NCBI RefSeq assembly: GCF_018350175.1
Contig: NC_058368.1
Coordinates: forward strand, 191,086,001 to 191,150,000
Length of the DNA stretch: 64,000 bases
Reading direction: 5' to 3'
Source: Felis catus
Taxonomy: Eukaryota
The notes under the pieces were generated by a model. It worked only from the letters and a program-made list of their open reading frames with translations. It was not told the DNA's origin and did no database searches. The position numbers and the translations under genes are program-made. This document shows, one piece after another, positions 39,679 to 51,890 of this stretch. Within the stretch, counting starts at the first letter, position 1; each line of letters begins with the position of its first letter.

Positions 39679-39916
39679 TTTTTTTTTTTAATTTTTTTTC
39701 AACGTTTTTTTTTTTTTTTTTAATTTATTTTTGGGACAGAGAGAGACAGAGCATGAACGGAGGAGGGCAGAGAGAGAGGGAGACACAGAATCGGAAACAG
39801 GCTCCAGGCTCTGAGCCATCAGCCCAGAGCCTGACGCGGGGCTCTAACTCACGGACCGCGAGATCGTGACCTGGCTGAAGTCGGACGCTTAACCGACTGC
39901 GCCACCCAGGCGCCCC
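39679..39916 (-). mobile_element. Young feliform CAN-SINE
   Basis: CpG-rich, long T tail. TSD GAATCTA(C/G)TTTCT (39666-39678 / 39917-39929). Confidence 0.95.
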
Positions 39917-40670
39917 GAATCTAGTTTCTATAGAAGACAACAATTAAAACATTTTCAACCACTATTTAATAGAACACACTACTAAGCACAAGACATAAAA
40001 AAAAAAAAAAAAAAAAAAAAACCTAGCAGAGCACATCCTTACCCTTGACCAAATGCATTAAAGCCACTCTTAAACTGCAGTCTTTTTAATTAAAAATAAA
40101 CAAAAGAACCTCTATTTCATTATATTATCCATGAATATATCTAGTACTCCACTTTCTATCTTGATCCTGACACCCCTGGGTGACCTTACATGATATAGAC
40201 AGTGAATCTGTGTCTTCAAAATCTTGGAGATATAACATTATTTTGAACCACAGACCTCTTCTCTAAATGGAATGCTTTAGCAGAGACTTTTAAGGGCTTT
40301 TCCAATATGAATGTTTCTCTAAAGCCTTAGTTTCATCACTGAGGGTCAAGGAATCTCGGTGCTAAAAACAAATTACAACTGCAAGACTATATCATTAGCC
40401 TCACACCTCTTTCAATTAACTCAAGAGCCATAATAAAGATCAGAATCATTCACAACTCAGAGGCTATATAAGCAAGAATCATAGTGGTAAACTCAAACCT
40501 GTGAGCCAGTTTGGCTTTCGTTCATTCACTGCGAAAGTATTTATTGTAAGCCTAGTAAGTATGTGCTGGTAACTGAACTGAAAACAGTACTGAATTCTGA
40601 GGAATCAAAAAAACATTAACGCAGTATGACAAGTTCAACACTGAGGAAGGTCACAATCAAGAGACTGTTT

Positions 40671-40871
40671 TTCTTAATGTATGTTTGTTTATTTTTGAGA
40701 AAGAGAGAGCACACACACATGGGGAAGGGGCAGAGAGAGAGGGAGACAGAGGATCCAAAGAGGGTTCTGCACTGAACAGAGAGCCAGAAACGGGGCTTGA
40801 ACTCAGAAATCGAGAGATCATGACCAGAGCCAAAGGCAGATGCTTAACTGACTGAGCCACCCAGGCACCCC
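40671..40871 (-). mobile_element. CAN-SINE
   Basis: Head complement GCCACCCAGGCACCCC. TSD AAGAGACTGTTT (40659-40670 / 40872-40883). Confidence 0.93.
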
Positions 40872-41340
40872 AAGAGACTGTTTAAATAGTAAGGCTTAAA
40901 AAGGAAACCCCTAGTGATGTCTTTCCTCTAACAAGGAGGTGCTCAGAGTATTAATAATGTTTTGAAGTTTGTAAATGAGTGCTGTTTAGAATTAGGTCAT
41001 TTAAAGCTGGATACTGTTTGCAATACAACAACTACAACCACAACAACAACACCATGAAATTCTTTCACTGAGTGGACCCAGAGAGGTGTTTTCGAAGTCA
41101 GGACTGCTCCAGGAGTCGCTCAGAGGGCGGCTCCCCTATGGCCTCATTAGCGGACTCTCATAAGGTACACACAGAAGCAGTGTCCTAGATTCCCACACAC
41201 CAACTCTGACATTTATAAAGCACTTGCAGTCCTGACAAGATCAAAAACTCAGCATTCTTTCAAATCTCATAATAACTCCCAAACATGCCTGGCTCAGGCT
41301 GAGAAACTGAAAAGTGATAAAGCACTTATTAGATTTAAAC

Positions 41341-41360
41341 ACACACACGCATGCACGCGT

Positions 41361-41404
<44 letters not shown>
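41341..41404. repeat. (CA)n microsatellite with CG/TG interruptions
   Basis: Alternating purine-pyrimidine run. Confidence 0.93.
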
Positions 41405-41406
<2 letters not shown>

Positions 41407-41869
41407 CTTGGGGATTATGGGCTTGTCCACTTGCCTCCTTCAGCACAAAGCATTTATTTGGTTTTAATAACACATTTTCTCCTTAGCAAAGGCTCATTGC
41501 ATTTTACCTCCCAAACTGGACTCATCTGCAATTACTATGATCCTATGATATTGGCACATTTACCAACAGACAGCGGCTTTCCTGTTAAACTGTGGGCTTC
41601 CAACCAAAATCTCCTGTGGCTACACTTTAACGTCAGTGTGAGACATCTTGGTGTCACGTTGTACAGTGATTGGAGCCTTCCTCATTGCTAGAGTGGGCGT
41701 GAAGAACGTGTGGCAATGTGTTTACTGAAACTATGTTCTGGACTGCTGCTTGCACAAAGATGATACTCTGGGTTTCTTAGTTTTTCAAAATAGTGAACAT
41801 ACCGTTTTTAAACGTAAACATGATAGCCGAAGTTTATTGTGTACTTACGTGCCATGCCCCGTCATTATT

Positions 41870-43271
41870 TTTTATCGTGGTAAAAAACACATTACATTTA
41901 CTGTCTTAATTTTTAGGTGTACGAATCAGTCAAGTATTTTCACATTGTTGTGCAACCCATCTCTAGAACTTTTTTCATCCTGTAAAATTCAGGGATGACT
42001 GGGTGGCTCAGCCGGTTGAGCATCCACCTTCAGCTCAGGTCATTATCTCAGGGTTCGTGAGTTCGAGCCCCACATCAGGCTCACTGCTCTCAGCACGCAG
42101 CAGGCCAGAGTCTGCTTCTGATCCTCTGTCTCCCTGGCTCTATGCCCCACCCCCTCTGTGGTGCTATCTAAAAAACAAAAAAATAAACAAACAAAACTCA
42201 AATTGTACACCCATTAAATACTAATTACCCCTTTGTCTCCCCTAGCCCTTGGAAATCACCTTTCTGCTTTTTGTGTCTATGATTTGGGAGACTTTAGATA
42301 CACTTTATGAACAGAATAATACGGTATTTGGCCTTTTGTGACCTCCTTGTTTCACTGTCCTCAAGGTTCATTTATGTTGTAACATGTGACAGGAGTTTTT
42401 ACTCTTCTACTTTGTAAAGGCTATATGATATTCATGTATGTGTGTGGTGTATATATCATGATCTACATACACACCCCCCCCTACAGGAATATTGTGCATA
42501 TTACATTTTCTTTATACATTCATCTGCCAATAGATACTTGGATTGTTTCCACCTTAAGGCTATTATGAATAATGCAACAATGAACACAGGTGTGCAAATA
42601 TCTCTTCAAGATCTTTCTTTGAATTCTTTTGGCTGTATACCCAGAAGTAACATTGCTAGATCATATGGTAATTCTACTTTTAGGTTGCTTTTTTTTTTTT
42701 TGAGAAAACTTCATGCTATTTACCATAATGGCTGCACCAGTTTTCATTCCCACCAAAAGTGTAGGATTCTAAAAATATGCATCTTTTCCAACATTTGTTC
42801 TTCCTGTCTTCTTGATTGTGGCCATCCTAAGGGACTTAAATGATATCTCATAGTGGTTTTGATTTCTATTTCTCTTATGATTATGTTAAGCATCTTTTCA
42901 TATGCTTTGGCCATTTATATACCTTCTTTGGAGAAGTATCTATTCAAGTCCTTTGCCCATTTTTTAATAAGGATATTTTTATTGTTGTTATTGAGTTGTA
43001 GAAGTTCGCCATATATTCTGCATACTAACTCTTACGAAATACATAATTTGCAAATATTTTCTCTCACTCCATAGATTTCCTTTTCACTCTCTTGATATTT
43101 CCTTTGATGCACAGAAATTGTAAGTTGATGCAGTCCCATTTGTCTATTGTCTGTTTCCTTGGCTTTGGTGTCATTTCAAGAAAACACTGCCAAATCCAAA
43201 GTCCTGAACATTTCCCCTATATTTTCTTCTAGGATTTTTAGAATTGTAGGTTTTATGTTTAGGTCATTAAT

Positions 43272-43327
<56 letters not shown>

Positions 43328-43800
43328 ATGTATATATCATAAGGATCCAATTTCAGTTTTCTGCATATAGATAATTTTCTCAGCACCATTTATTGAAGAG
43401 ATCTTCCTTTCCCATTGTAGTCTTGGTACCTTTGTTGAAAATCATTTGGCCATATGTGTTAAAGTTTACTTCTGGACTCTATTCTGTTCCATCAGTCTAC
43501 ATATCTATCTTTATGCCAGTACAAATATTTATTATTATAGTTGGGTCTTAGGTTTTGAAATCAGCAACTATGAGACCTCCAACTTTGTTATTCTCTTTCA
43601 AGAGTGCTTTGACTATTTGGAGTCCCTTGAGATTCCCTATGAATTTAGTATGCTTTTCTCTATCTCTGCAAAAGACATCACTGGGATTTTGGCAGGTGTT
43701 GCACTGAATCTGTAGATCATTTTAGGTAGTATGGACATTTTAACCATGTTAAGTCTTTCAATCCATGAGCATAGGTTGTCTTTCCATTTATTTATGTTTT
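41870..43800 (-). mobile_element. L1MA/MB-type 3' portion (antisense, ~1.7 kb) with SINE and (TG)n/(TATG)n insertions
   Basis: Antisense ORF2 motifs 'atacccagaagt...attgctagatcatatggtaattct', 'ggagaagtatctattcaagtcctttgcccattttt', 'gcactgaatctgtagatc..tttaggtagtatggacatttt'. Confidence 0.9.
41992..42191 (+). mobile_element. CAN-SINE inserted in L1
   Basis: CTGGGTGGCTCAGCCGGTTGAGC head, GTTCGAGCCCC B-box, A-rich tail. Confidence 0.9.
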
Positions 43801-43933
43801 CTTTTATCGTATTTACATATCATTTTAATAATCCTTTAGTAAATTCCTAGAATATTAAAGTAAATCTGTAGGCAATATGATTCTTAATCCAAAACCCCAT
43901 TAGCTGAAGTCCAAGAAGCTCTGAAAATCAATG

Positions 43934-43934
<1 letters not shown>

Positions 43935-43972
<38 letters not shown>
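43935..43972. repeat. (AC)n microsatellite
   Basis: Perfect dinucleotide run. Confidence 0.95.
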
Positions 43973-43974
<2 letters not shown>

Positions 43975-45819
43975 ATGAAATAGACACAATTTTTAGTTTA
44001 TGTATCCCATGGAGTAAGATAAAAAGATCAATGGCGTTCATTAATGAGTCTTATATTCATTCAGCACGAAAGCATCTAATATGCATGGTACATCTAATAT
44101 GCATGGTACTTGGGATACTGAAGTCACAGGGAGTGAGAGCCCTGCCTTCATAAAGTTTCTGGATTTTCTGTGGGTAAATGATCTATAAAAGCTCAAAATT
44201 ATTGCTAATCCAATGCCATTATTTCTTTTTACAGTTAAATCCTGCCCAGATTGAAAGTAAAATGTCTTTCTTTTCTTGCAGTCACCAACAATCATCAATA
44301 TTGCTGGCTTTAAATAAAATCATGCAAATTTGAATTGAATTCCCTTTGCTGCTAATTCTTCCTCTTCCCTTTCCCCTCCATTTCTGAATCCACATACCTG
44401 AATCCACATACCATTGTAGTAGTGCTTTATTCTCCAGTGTCATTCTTCAAAAAGGACGGAATCAAGGCATGAGGAGGTAATTTCCCAAATGTGAGAAACC
44501 CAAAAGCCAGCAATAAAACTTTGAAATGGGAAGTTTCCAGACTCCTAGTTCTGTGTTCTTTCTTACTTGTACCTGTGATTCTACTAATAGGAGCACTCAC
44601 AAAGGAGTACAGGTTGGTGAGATAGCAACTTGCCTAAGAGAGGCCATTTCCTGAAACCCATGTGTGTGGGGTACTAAATAAAGGACTATGAGTACCTCAT
44701 TTAATTTACTCCTTTAGGACTCTGCGAGGCAGACACCATTTCTGTTCTTGAGTCAAAAATTGCCAGAAGGTTGCTTTTGAGCCAACAACCAAAGTGAACA
44801 AATCAGAAATCTCTTTGGGTCTCAACTTGACCTTCTTCTTTGGAAGTGACTGGACTAGACAAAAGACAGTAAGCCAGCTTGATCTCAAACTCTTGGTCCA
44901 CTCAAATGGCATAGCCCTCTAAAGCTAAGTGTTGAAAAGCCCTCAAAGATCATATCTAGGCTCACAAGCAAAAAGTTCAGATTTATTTTTTTTTCCACTG
45001 AGGCTATAAGAGGTGTGTGTGCATGTGTATGGGTAGGCATGTGTGTCTGTATTGAGGTAGTAGGGTTACTGCCCGTGTGCTACATTTTTTTCATGCCAAG
45101 GAGATTTTGCAGCCCTCATTCACTGGAAAGTCCCAATTCTAACCTTATATACCACACTCATGTACTACAAGTCTTTAACTTTCTCAAAATTGAAGCAAAG
45201 ATGAGGACTGTGTCACACCTCAAATAAGACTGCGAAAGATTTCCTAGCAATGTCAATTAAAATGCCAGTAATAGTAAATATTTGTGCCATTTGAGTCCTC
45301 AGTACAACTAAAAGGAAACCATTAGCCCTTTCACATAGAGGGCCATGGGCCACACACAGAGACATTTCTGGAAGGTAACAGAGTAAACAGAGTAAAAGGT
45401 AACAAGAGGCAGATAGCTAGAGCCAAATTCCAAACTACTCACTCACTGATTCCAACCACTCCAAGCCTCAGAATCCTTATCAACACAGTGGGGAACATAA
45501 AAGCACATATTCCATATGAAAGTTTGGAAAATTAAGTTAATAAATACAAAGCGCCTAATACGGTATCTCACAATCCAAGTACTCAGTAAATTATTACTGA
45601 ATAAAGAAGAATACATTTATTTCTAATGTGAGTACAAAAAACATTATGTATACCCAAATTACACCATTTGTACAAGGCCAAGTTTCTACTTGTATCTGCT
45701 CCAAGAACTCCTAGACTACTTATCTACCTCTACTGTTTGCATCTCTCCTTATGAGTAAAGATCATCTTTTACGTTTCCTTTGCTTCTTTCACAGTTGTCT
45801 AAGAAAGAATGTAAGAACA

Positions 45820-46050
45820 GAGGCACCTGGGTGACTCAACCTGTTAAGGATCTAACTCTTGATTTCAGCTCAGGTCATGATCTCATGGTTTATGGGATTT
45901 GAGCCTCACATTGGGCTCTGTGCTGACAGCATGGAGCCTGCTTGGGATTCTCTCTCTCAACCTCTCTCTCTGCCCCTCTCCAACTCGTGCTCACTTTCTC
46001 TCTCTCAAAAAACAAAACAAAACAAACAAAAAACACTACTTTTTTTAAAT
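45820..46050 (+). mobile_element. CAN-SINE
   Basis: GGCACCTGGGTGACTC head, CT tract. Flanking repeat GAATGTAAGAA. Confidence 0.9.
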
Positions 46051-46299
46051 GAATGTAAGAATAAGCACAGACCTAAAGAAGAAGGAAAAAGAAAAACAGA
46101 TGTTGGTGTTCTTAACATAGAAAATATCTACCTGAATTTCAATGTTTGTGTTACATTTACAAAGGGAATGTAAGATGAAGTGGGGGAGGGAATAGTGAGG
46201 TGAGGAGGGAAGAAGTGAAAGCCAACATGTTTGGGATCAGAAAAAGGAGAGGTTTACCTTCCTTCTTTCTCTCCTTCCTCCGCTCATCCTTTCTGTCCT

Positions 46300-46600
46300 G
46301 CTATAGTCTGTCCACTCAAAATTCGTATGTTGATATCCTAACTCCCAAGGACGACGGTATTAGAGGTGAGGTCTTTTGGAGACATTTATCTCCTGAGAGT
46401 AGAGCCCTACTACTAGGTAAGATTAATGTTCTTATAAAAGAGACTCCACAGGCCCCCCCTAGGACTTTCTACCATGTAAGAACACAGCAAGAGGGAGCCA
46501 GTTAGGAACCTGACATGACCTGAGCCGACATCAGATGTGTAACCAACTGAGCCCCCTAGGTACCCCTGTGTTGTTTTGTTATAGCAGTCCCATGACACAT
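46300..46600 (+). mobile_element. MaLR (MLT1A/MST-like) solo LTR, internally deleted, containing an antisense SINE head fragment (~46510-46567)
   Basis: 'caaaattcgtatgttgatatcctaactcccaagg..ggtattagaggtgaggtctttt', 'cttataaaagagactccaca', 'accatgtaagaacacagcaag', terminal 'ttttgttatagcagtcc'. Confidence 0.75.
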
Positions 46601-46684
46601 CCTTCCTCACTTTTTCCTTCCTTTCTGGCTGTGTCTTGGGGGTAAATCATAATTCACGTTGATTATTTAAAGAATAAGAGAACA

Positions 46685-46894
46685 GGGCACCTGGGTGGCT
46701 CAGTTGGTTAAGCGTCCCACTTTGGCTCAGGTCATGATCTTACGGTTCGTGGGTTTGAGCCCAATATTGGGCTCTGGGCTGACAGCTCAGACCCTGGGGC
46801 CTGCTTCAGATTCTGCGTCTCCCTCTCTCTCTACCCCTCCACCACTCATGCTCTGTCTCTGTCTCTCAAAAATAAATAAATGTAAAAAAAAAAA
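46685..46894 (+). mobile_element. CAN-SINE
   Basis: Full body. TSD AAAGAATAAGAGAA on both sides. Confidence 0.93.
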
Positions 46895-47334
46895 AAGAAT
46901 AAGAGAAAGAGAACATGAGAGAGGAAAGAACCAACATGCCCAAGTAAACAGGCACAAAAATCATATGTAATTAATATTTACAAGCAAAATAAAAAAGTAC
47001 AATTTTCATAGCTGTAGGCTTAAAATTCATTGAACAATATAATGCTTCATCTTTCTACTTGGCCTTGATTTTCCACTCTCCATCTCTTATTAATCACTTT
47101 TATTCCTTTGGCTTTCTTTCAGCCCTAGTACAGCTATAAAAAAGAAAAATAAAAAAAAAAGAAACATGAAAATAAAAATTATTCAGTTCTAAATAATTAA
47201 TGGAGATTTTAGTAAGTGGGAACAAACAGTAGTTCAACAGATAATTTTTAAAATATAATCCAAGAGAATGCTGTGAAATAGGTGAGAAAAATGTTTTCCA
47301 ACTCTTCATATGGTTGTCTCAAATTAATTAGTGA

Positions 47335-47610
47335 GGGCTGGGAAATGTGTATCCTTACTCATTGCTAGTGGAAATGTCACTGAGACACCATTTCTTGAGG
47401 GCAAATTGGCAGCATACATGAAAAGGCTAAAAAAAAGATATGTACACTTTGACCCTTCAATTATACCTTTAGGGAAAATTTTCTAAGGGAGTCATTAATA
47501 ATTTATGCAAAGATTTACCTACAAGCAGATGTAAAAGGCTTAACTTTGATATTGAAAAATTAGGACCAGACATTATAAATGTCTGACAGTGGAGGAATAT
47601 TTAAATAAAT
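47335..47610 (+). mobile_element. Ancient L1ME-type fragment
   Basis: 'cattgctagtggaaatgt...gagggcaaattggcag...tttgacccttcaattatacc'. Confidence 0.55.
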
Positions 47611-48766
47611 CGCTTTTTAGAACCAGGTATTGAGAGAGGATTCATGCCATGTGTAGATGTTCATAATAGATTAAGTACACAGGATAGATCATGAGGCATT
47701 GAACACCCCATATGACATTTTAATAAAAAATACAGGAAGGTCATTTTTTGATAAATGCAAACTTCTTATAAGGTTTAAATCTGAAAAAAAAGCTGTTTTA
47801 TCCATAGTTAGGTGTGCTGACACGGGTTTTATTTCCATCAAACTAAAATATGTCTTATACTCCTAACTGAATGTAGTCTTTCACACATAATCTTCGATAA
47901 TATATTTCTAGCATTCGGGTCACATTACTAATTTTTGTTCTTTCCCTCAAAATGCCATTTTTACATTTTCCTGAGCTCCAAATTCTCCCCAAATTATGTA
48001 TCCTTAAACTCATGGCCAACAGGTATATTTTAGTCTTAACATTGAGCTTTAAATGAGGAGTAAATGCCCACAATATTAAACAGCTGCATCAAAATAGTGA
48101 CGTACAGAGATTGCAATCCTAAAATGATTGATCAGTTGCCTGGTAGACAGCAGCATCTTGATACTAGAGTCTAAATGTCAGTACTTCAGGGATGCATCAA
48201 GTCTACATTTGGTTTGTGAAAGGTACTTTGGGGTCTCGTGAGTAATGTTCAAGCAAAGGATGAAAATTCAAAGAGTGAAGAAATATGATATGTGAGCATA
48301 TCAGTCAGGGTCCATCAATTCTTTTAACACATATAATTTAATCTATGAAAACTGTTCAAGAGATATAGGAGCACTGGAGAGGCAAAGGGCTATATGTAGG
48401 TATCACAATGGTAGAAACCACACACAAAAGGTGCAGCCCCTAGGGCGAGACAAACACAAAAATGAAATTGGAAGTATCAGAAATGAGAACAGGAACCATT
48501 TTATTGATACTCTATACTTTGTGTCTAATTTTGTCCACAGCCATATTCTTAGGAGCACTTTTGACCAAATTTCTGTTGTTCTATTGATAACCATGAAACT
48601 GATCTGTTTCCTATTCTGGCAACGGTAAAGGAAATGTCTCATGGCTGATAGGACTCAAAGGATTTCTATCTCTGAGAACCCCTCAAATAAAAATATTTTC
48701 CCAAGTATCAATTTTTCACAAATAACATGGCAATATACAGCTTGCATGGATTATAAAAACACTAGA

Positions 48767-48900
48767 TTGATGGGGGGATGGGGGGGTGGGGGGGTGGGAG
48801 GGTAGAGGGTGGGTAATGGGCATTGAGGAGGACACCTGTTGGGACGAGCACTGGGTGTTGTATGGGAACCAATTTGACAACAAATTTCATATTAAAAAAA
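48767..48900 (+). mobile_element. Very short (5'-truncated) felid-type L1 3' end
   Basis: G-rich tract, 'gagcactgggtgttgtatgggaaccaatttgacaacaaatttcatatt' and A-tail. TSD AACACTAGA (48758-48766 / 48902-48910). Confidence 0.9.
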
Positions 48901-50430
48901 GAACACTAGAAATCTCAAGAGGACATTGTGTGCAATATGATTAGCAACCCAAGATAAAATTACTAATGGGATTATACAATTTTAGAACAGAGTATAATAA
49001 AAATGAGTTTTACCCCCCCACTCCCCCCCCTCCCGCCAAAGAAAAACATTACTTATTTGGGGATGTATTCAGAAATGCAAACACCCAAGGAAGCCCCCAA
49101 GGGATCTAGGATCTAGAATTCTGAAGAAGGTCCCTCATCCTTCGCTAGTGCTGGTGCCTTCAGGGCTCTGGGCGGGTAGGGGTGGGGTCTCCACAAAGCT
49201 AAAAACCACAGCCCTCAGAAAAGGGTGCATCAATTTCACTCTGGGAATATGAGAATAATATGGAAACTAACACCAGCCAACACAGGAATCAACTGCTGCC
49301 ATGGGTAGTAAGCCCTTGGTGAGACACAGTCAACCGAATAATGAGGAAATAGTTTTTAAAAAATGAATTCCTTTGCCCACCTACTCTCCTCCAATTTACC
49401 TCTTACTCTCTCAGTTGGCAAGACCTATCAGGGAACCAAAAACAAAGGAGGATTATGGTTTGTCCAGTCCCAGCCATAGTATCACAAAACAAGGTACACA
49501 AGAACAGATTTGGAGTTGAGTGAGTGATAGGAACTTAGAGAAAAAAAAAAAAAAAAACACATGGAAATATACGCACAGGGAACAAAAAAAGCAGCATAAT
49601 CATCAATATGCTGGCAGTAGTTATTACTAGATGGTGAGAGGCTATGAATGATTTAATTCCCTTGGTGCTTTCCTTCATTTTCCAATTCTTCCATAAAAAA
49701 AATAAGTCATAGCAATTCTCTTATACAAGAAAGACGACTTCTGATTAAAAGAATGTTAAATGATATCATGTAACATTTGGATGTGAAAGCCTCTGGTATG
49801 TTTGAGGGCTTTTCAGAATGAAATTTCTCATTTACACTAATTTCCCTAATGGCATCAAGAATAAAACGCGAGCCCCTGTTTACCCAGCTAAACAATGATT
49901 AATGCTAAGCATATGGAAACACATGGTAAGACTAATGATAGTTTCTCTGTTTGAACATGGAAATCGTTTCGTGAAATTGGCTAGCGCTGGGTTTAAATGA
50001 GGTTACTAGATCAAAACCAAAGATTAATCAACTGGTTAATAATCTTGGCAACAACCATTGGCAATAAAAATAGGATAAAATAATTATTAAGGAAATAAGC
50101 ATTTCCTAAAGAAAAGTAAATATCGCAATACTGGATATTATCTTATTCTGTTTCAGTGGCAGGTTCCAGTTTCCCCTGTTTCTCGATTATATCCAGTTTC
50201 TCGATTATAATCATCATCATCTCTACCACCACCACCGCCATTATTATTGAGCATTTACTATACGCTTAATGTGTGTTACAGAATTACTTCGTTTCCTCAC
50301 AACAATCCTATATGTTATAATTCCCATTTTTGAGTTCAGAAAATTGAGCCATAAATGGTTTAACTATCTTGCCAAAAATCAAACAAGCAATAAAGGCAGA
50401 GCCAGCACTTTAATAAAAGGAGTTTAATTT

Positions 50431-50634
50431 GGGGGCACCTGGATGGTTCTATGGGTTGAGCGTCTGACTTTGGCTCAGGTCGTGATCTCACTGCTCATGA
50501 GTTCAAGTCCCACGTCAGGCTCTGTGCCGACAGCTCACAGCTCAGAACCTGGAGCCTGCTTCAGATTCTGTCTCTGTCTCTCTGCCCCTTCTCTCCCCCG
50601 TCCTCAAATATAAATAAACATCAAAAATAATTTA
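50431..50634 (+). mobile_element. CAN-SINE
   Basis: GGGGCACCTGGATGG head. Degenerate TSD GAGTTTA(A/G)TTT. It follows a MIR relic (~50245-50410). Confidence 0.9.
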
Positions 50635-50926
50635 AAAAAGAGTTTAGTTTCTTCAGGTTATTATTATATTATCAATTTAAAGTATATTGTTACTAATAAA
50701 TTTAAATACTATTATATTAATAACTTCAAGGCATATCAATTCAAATTCCAATTATTTATTTTGTTGCAGTATTACCTTATCTGTGGTCCAAATATGTAAA
50801 ATACCTTAAATTCCTAAAATAGAATATAATACCTTCATCTCTCCCCATACCAATTTATATTATTTAAATTACAACATGGTTGATAATATTCCAAAAACAA
50901 TAAAACTATGAGGGCTTCATGGTTTT

Positions 50927-50995
50927 TTTTTAATTTTTTTAATGTTTTTTTTTTTATTAATCTATTTTTGAGACAGAGAGAGAGCATGAGCAGGG

Positions 50996-51045
<50 letters not shown>

Positions 51046-51185
51046 CAGACAGACAGAATCCAAAGCAGGCTCCAGGCTCTGAGCCGCCAGCACAGAGCCC
51101 AATGCGGGGCTCAAACTCACGGACCGCAAGATCACGACCCGAGCGGAAGCCAGATGCCCAACTGACTGAGCCACCCAGGCACCCC
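50927..51185 (-). mobile_element. CAN-SINE with (GA)n/(GACA)n expansion
   Basis: Head complement GCCACCCAGGCACCCC. TSD GAG(G/A)GCTTCATG. Confidence 0.93.
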
Positions 51186-51463
51186 GAGAGCTTCATGTTT
51201 TAAACGTACCTTTCACAGAGAGTATTAATGCTCAAATATTTTACCTCAAACAAATACCTATTTAAAATTTGAAATCTTAATATGTTCAAGGAATGGTCTA
51301 TCCTTATTATATATGATCTTATTTGATATTGAAAGTACCTCTGGTACTCTCTTCTTTTGGGGGGTTGATAATAGTAGTTTCTTCAGGATATATGCCTGGA
51401 TGGGACATTTGCAACAGGAGCACTGTCATTCTTCCATGCTGCAGCCGCTAAAACTAATCACTG

Positions 51464-51623
51464 GAAGGCACCTGGCTGACTCAGTGGGTTTGGGGCCAGA
51501 CTTCAGCCCAGGTCATGATCTCAGGGTTCGTGGCCTCCAGCCCCCATTGGGCTCTGTGCTGACAGCTCAGAGCCTGGGGCCTGCTTCGGATTCTGTGTCT
51601 CCCTCCGTCCCTCCCCGACTCAT

Positions 51624-51656
<33 letters not shown>

Positions 51657-51684
51657 AATAAATAAACATCAAAAAAAAAAAAAA
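51464..51684 (+). mobile_element. CAN-SINE
   Basis: CAGGTCATGATCTC...GACAGCTCAGAGCC core. TSD AAAACTAAT(C/A)ACTG. Confidence 0.9.
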
Positions 51685-51739
51685 AACTAATAACTGTTCT
51701 CACTTCCATAGGAACCATTCGTGACTTCAAAATCTAACA

Positions 51740-51890
51740 ACACATGGAGCTTCCGGTTTGGTGAACACCTGGAGGTGCCAGGAGAACAGAATGTCCCCAC
51801 CTCACTCCACACGTTATTCTATGATTCTCTTCTATTTGGATATTTCTGACTTTGCATCTTTTTAAATAAACTAGTAAACATATTAGTGGA
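51740..51890 (+). mobile_element. MER21-like LTR fragment
   Basis: 'gagcttccggtttggtgaacacctggaggtgcc' and 'aataaactagtaaacatattagt' resemble MER21-family LTRs. Confidence 0.5.

Noticed and set aside
44706..44912. Minus ORF containing PKKKVK (NLS-like) after an acceptor-like TTTTGTCTAG
   Set aside because: Weak donor and no recognisable homology; insufficient to call an exon.
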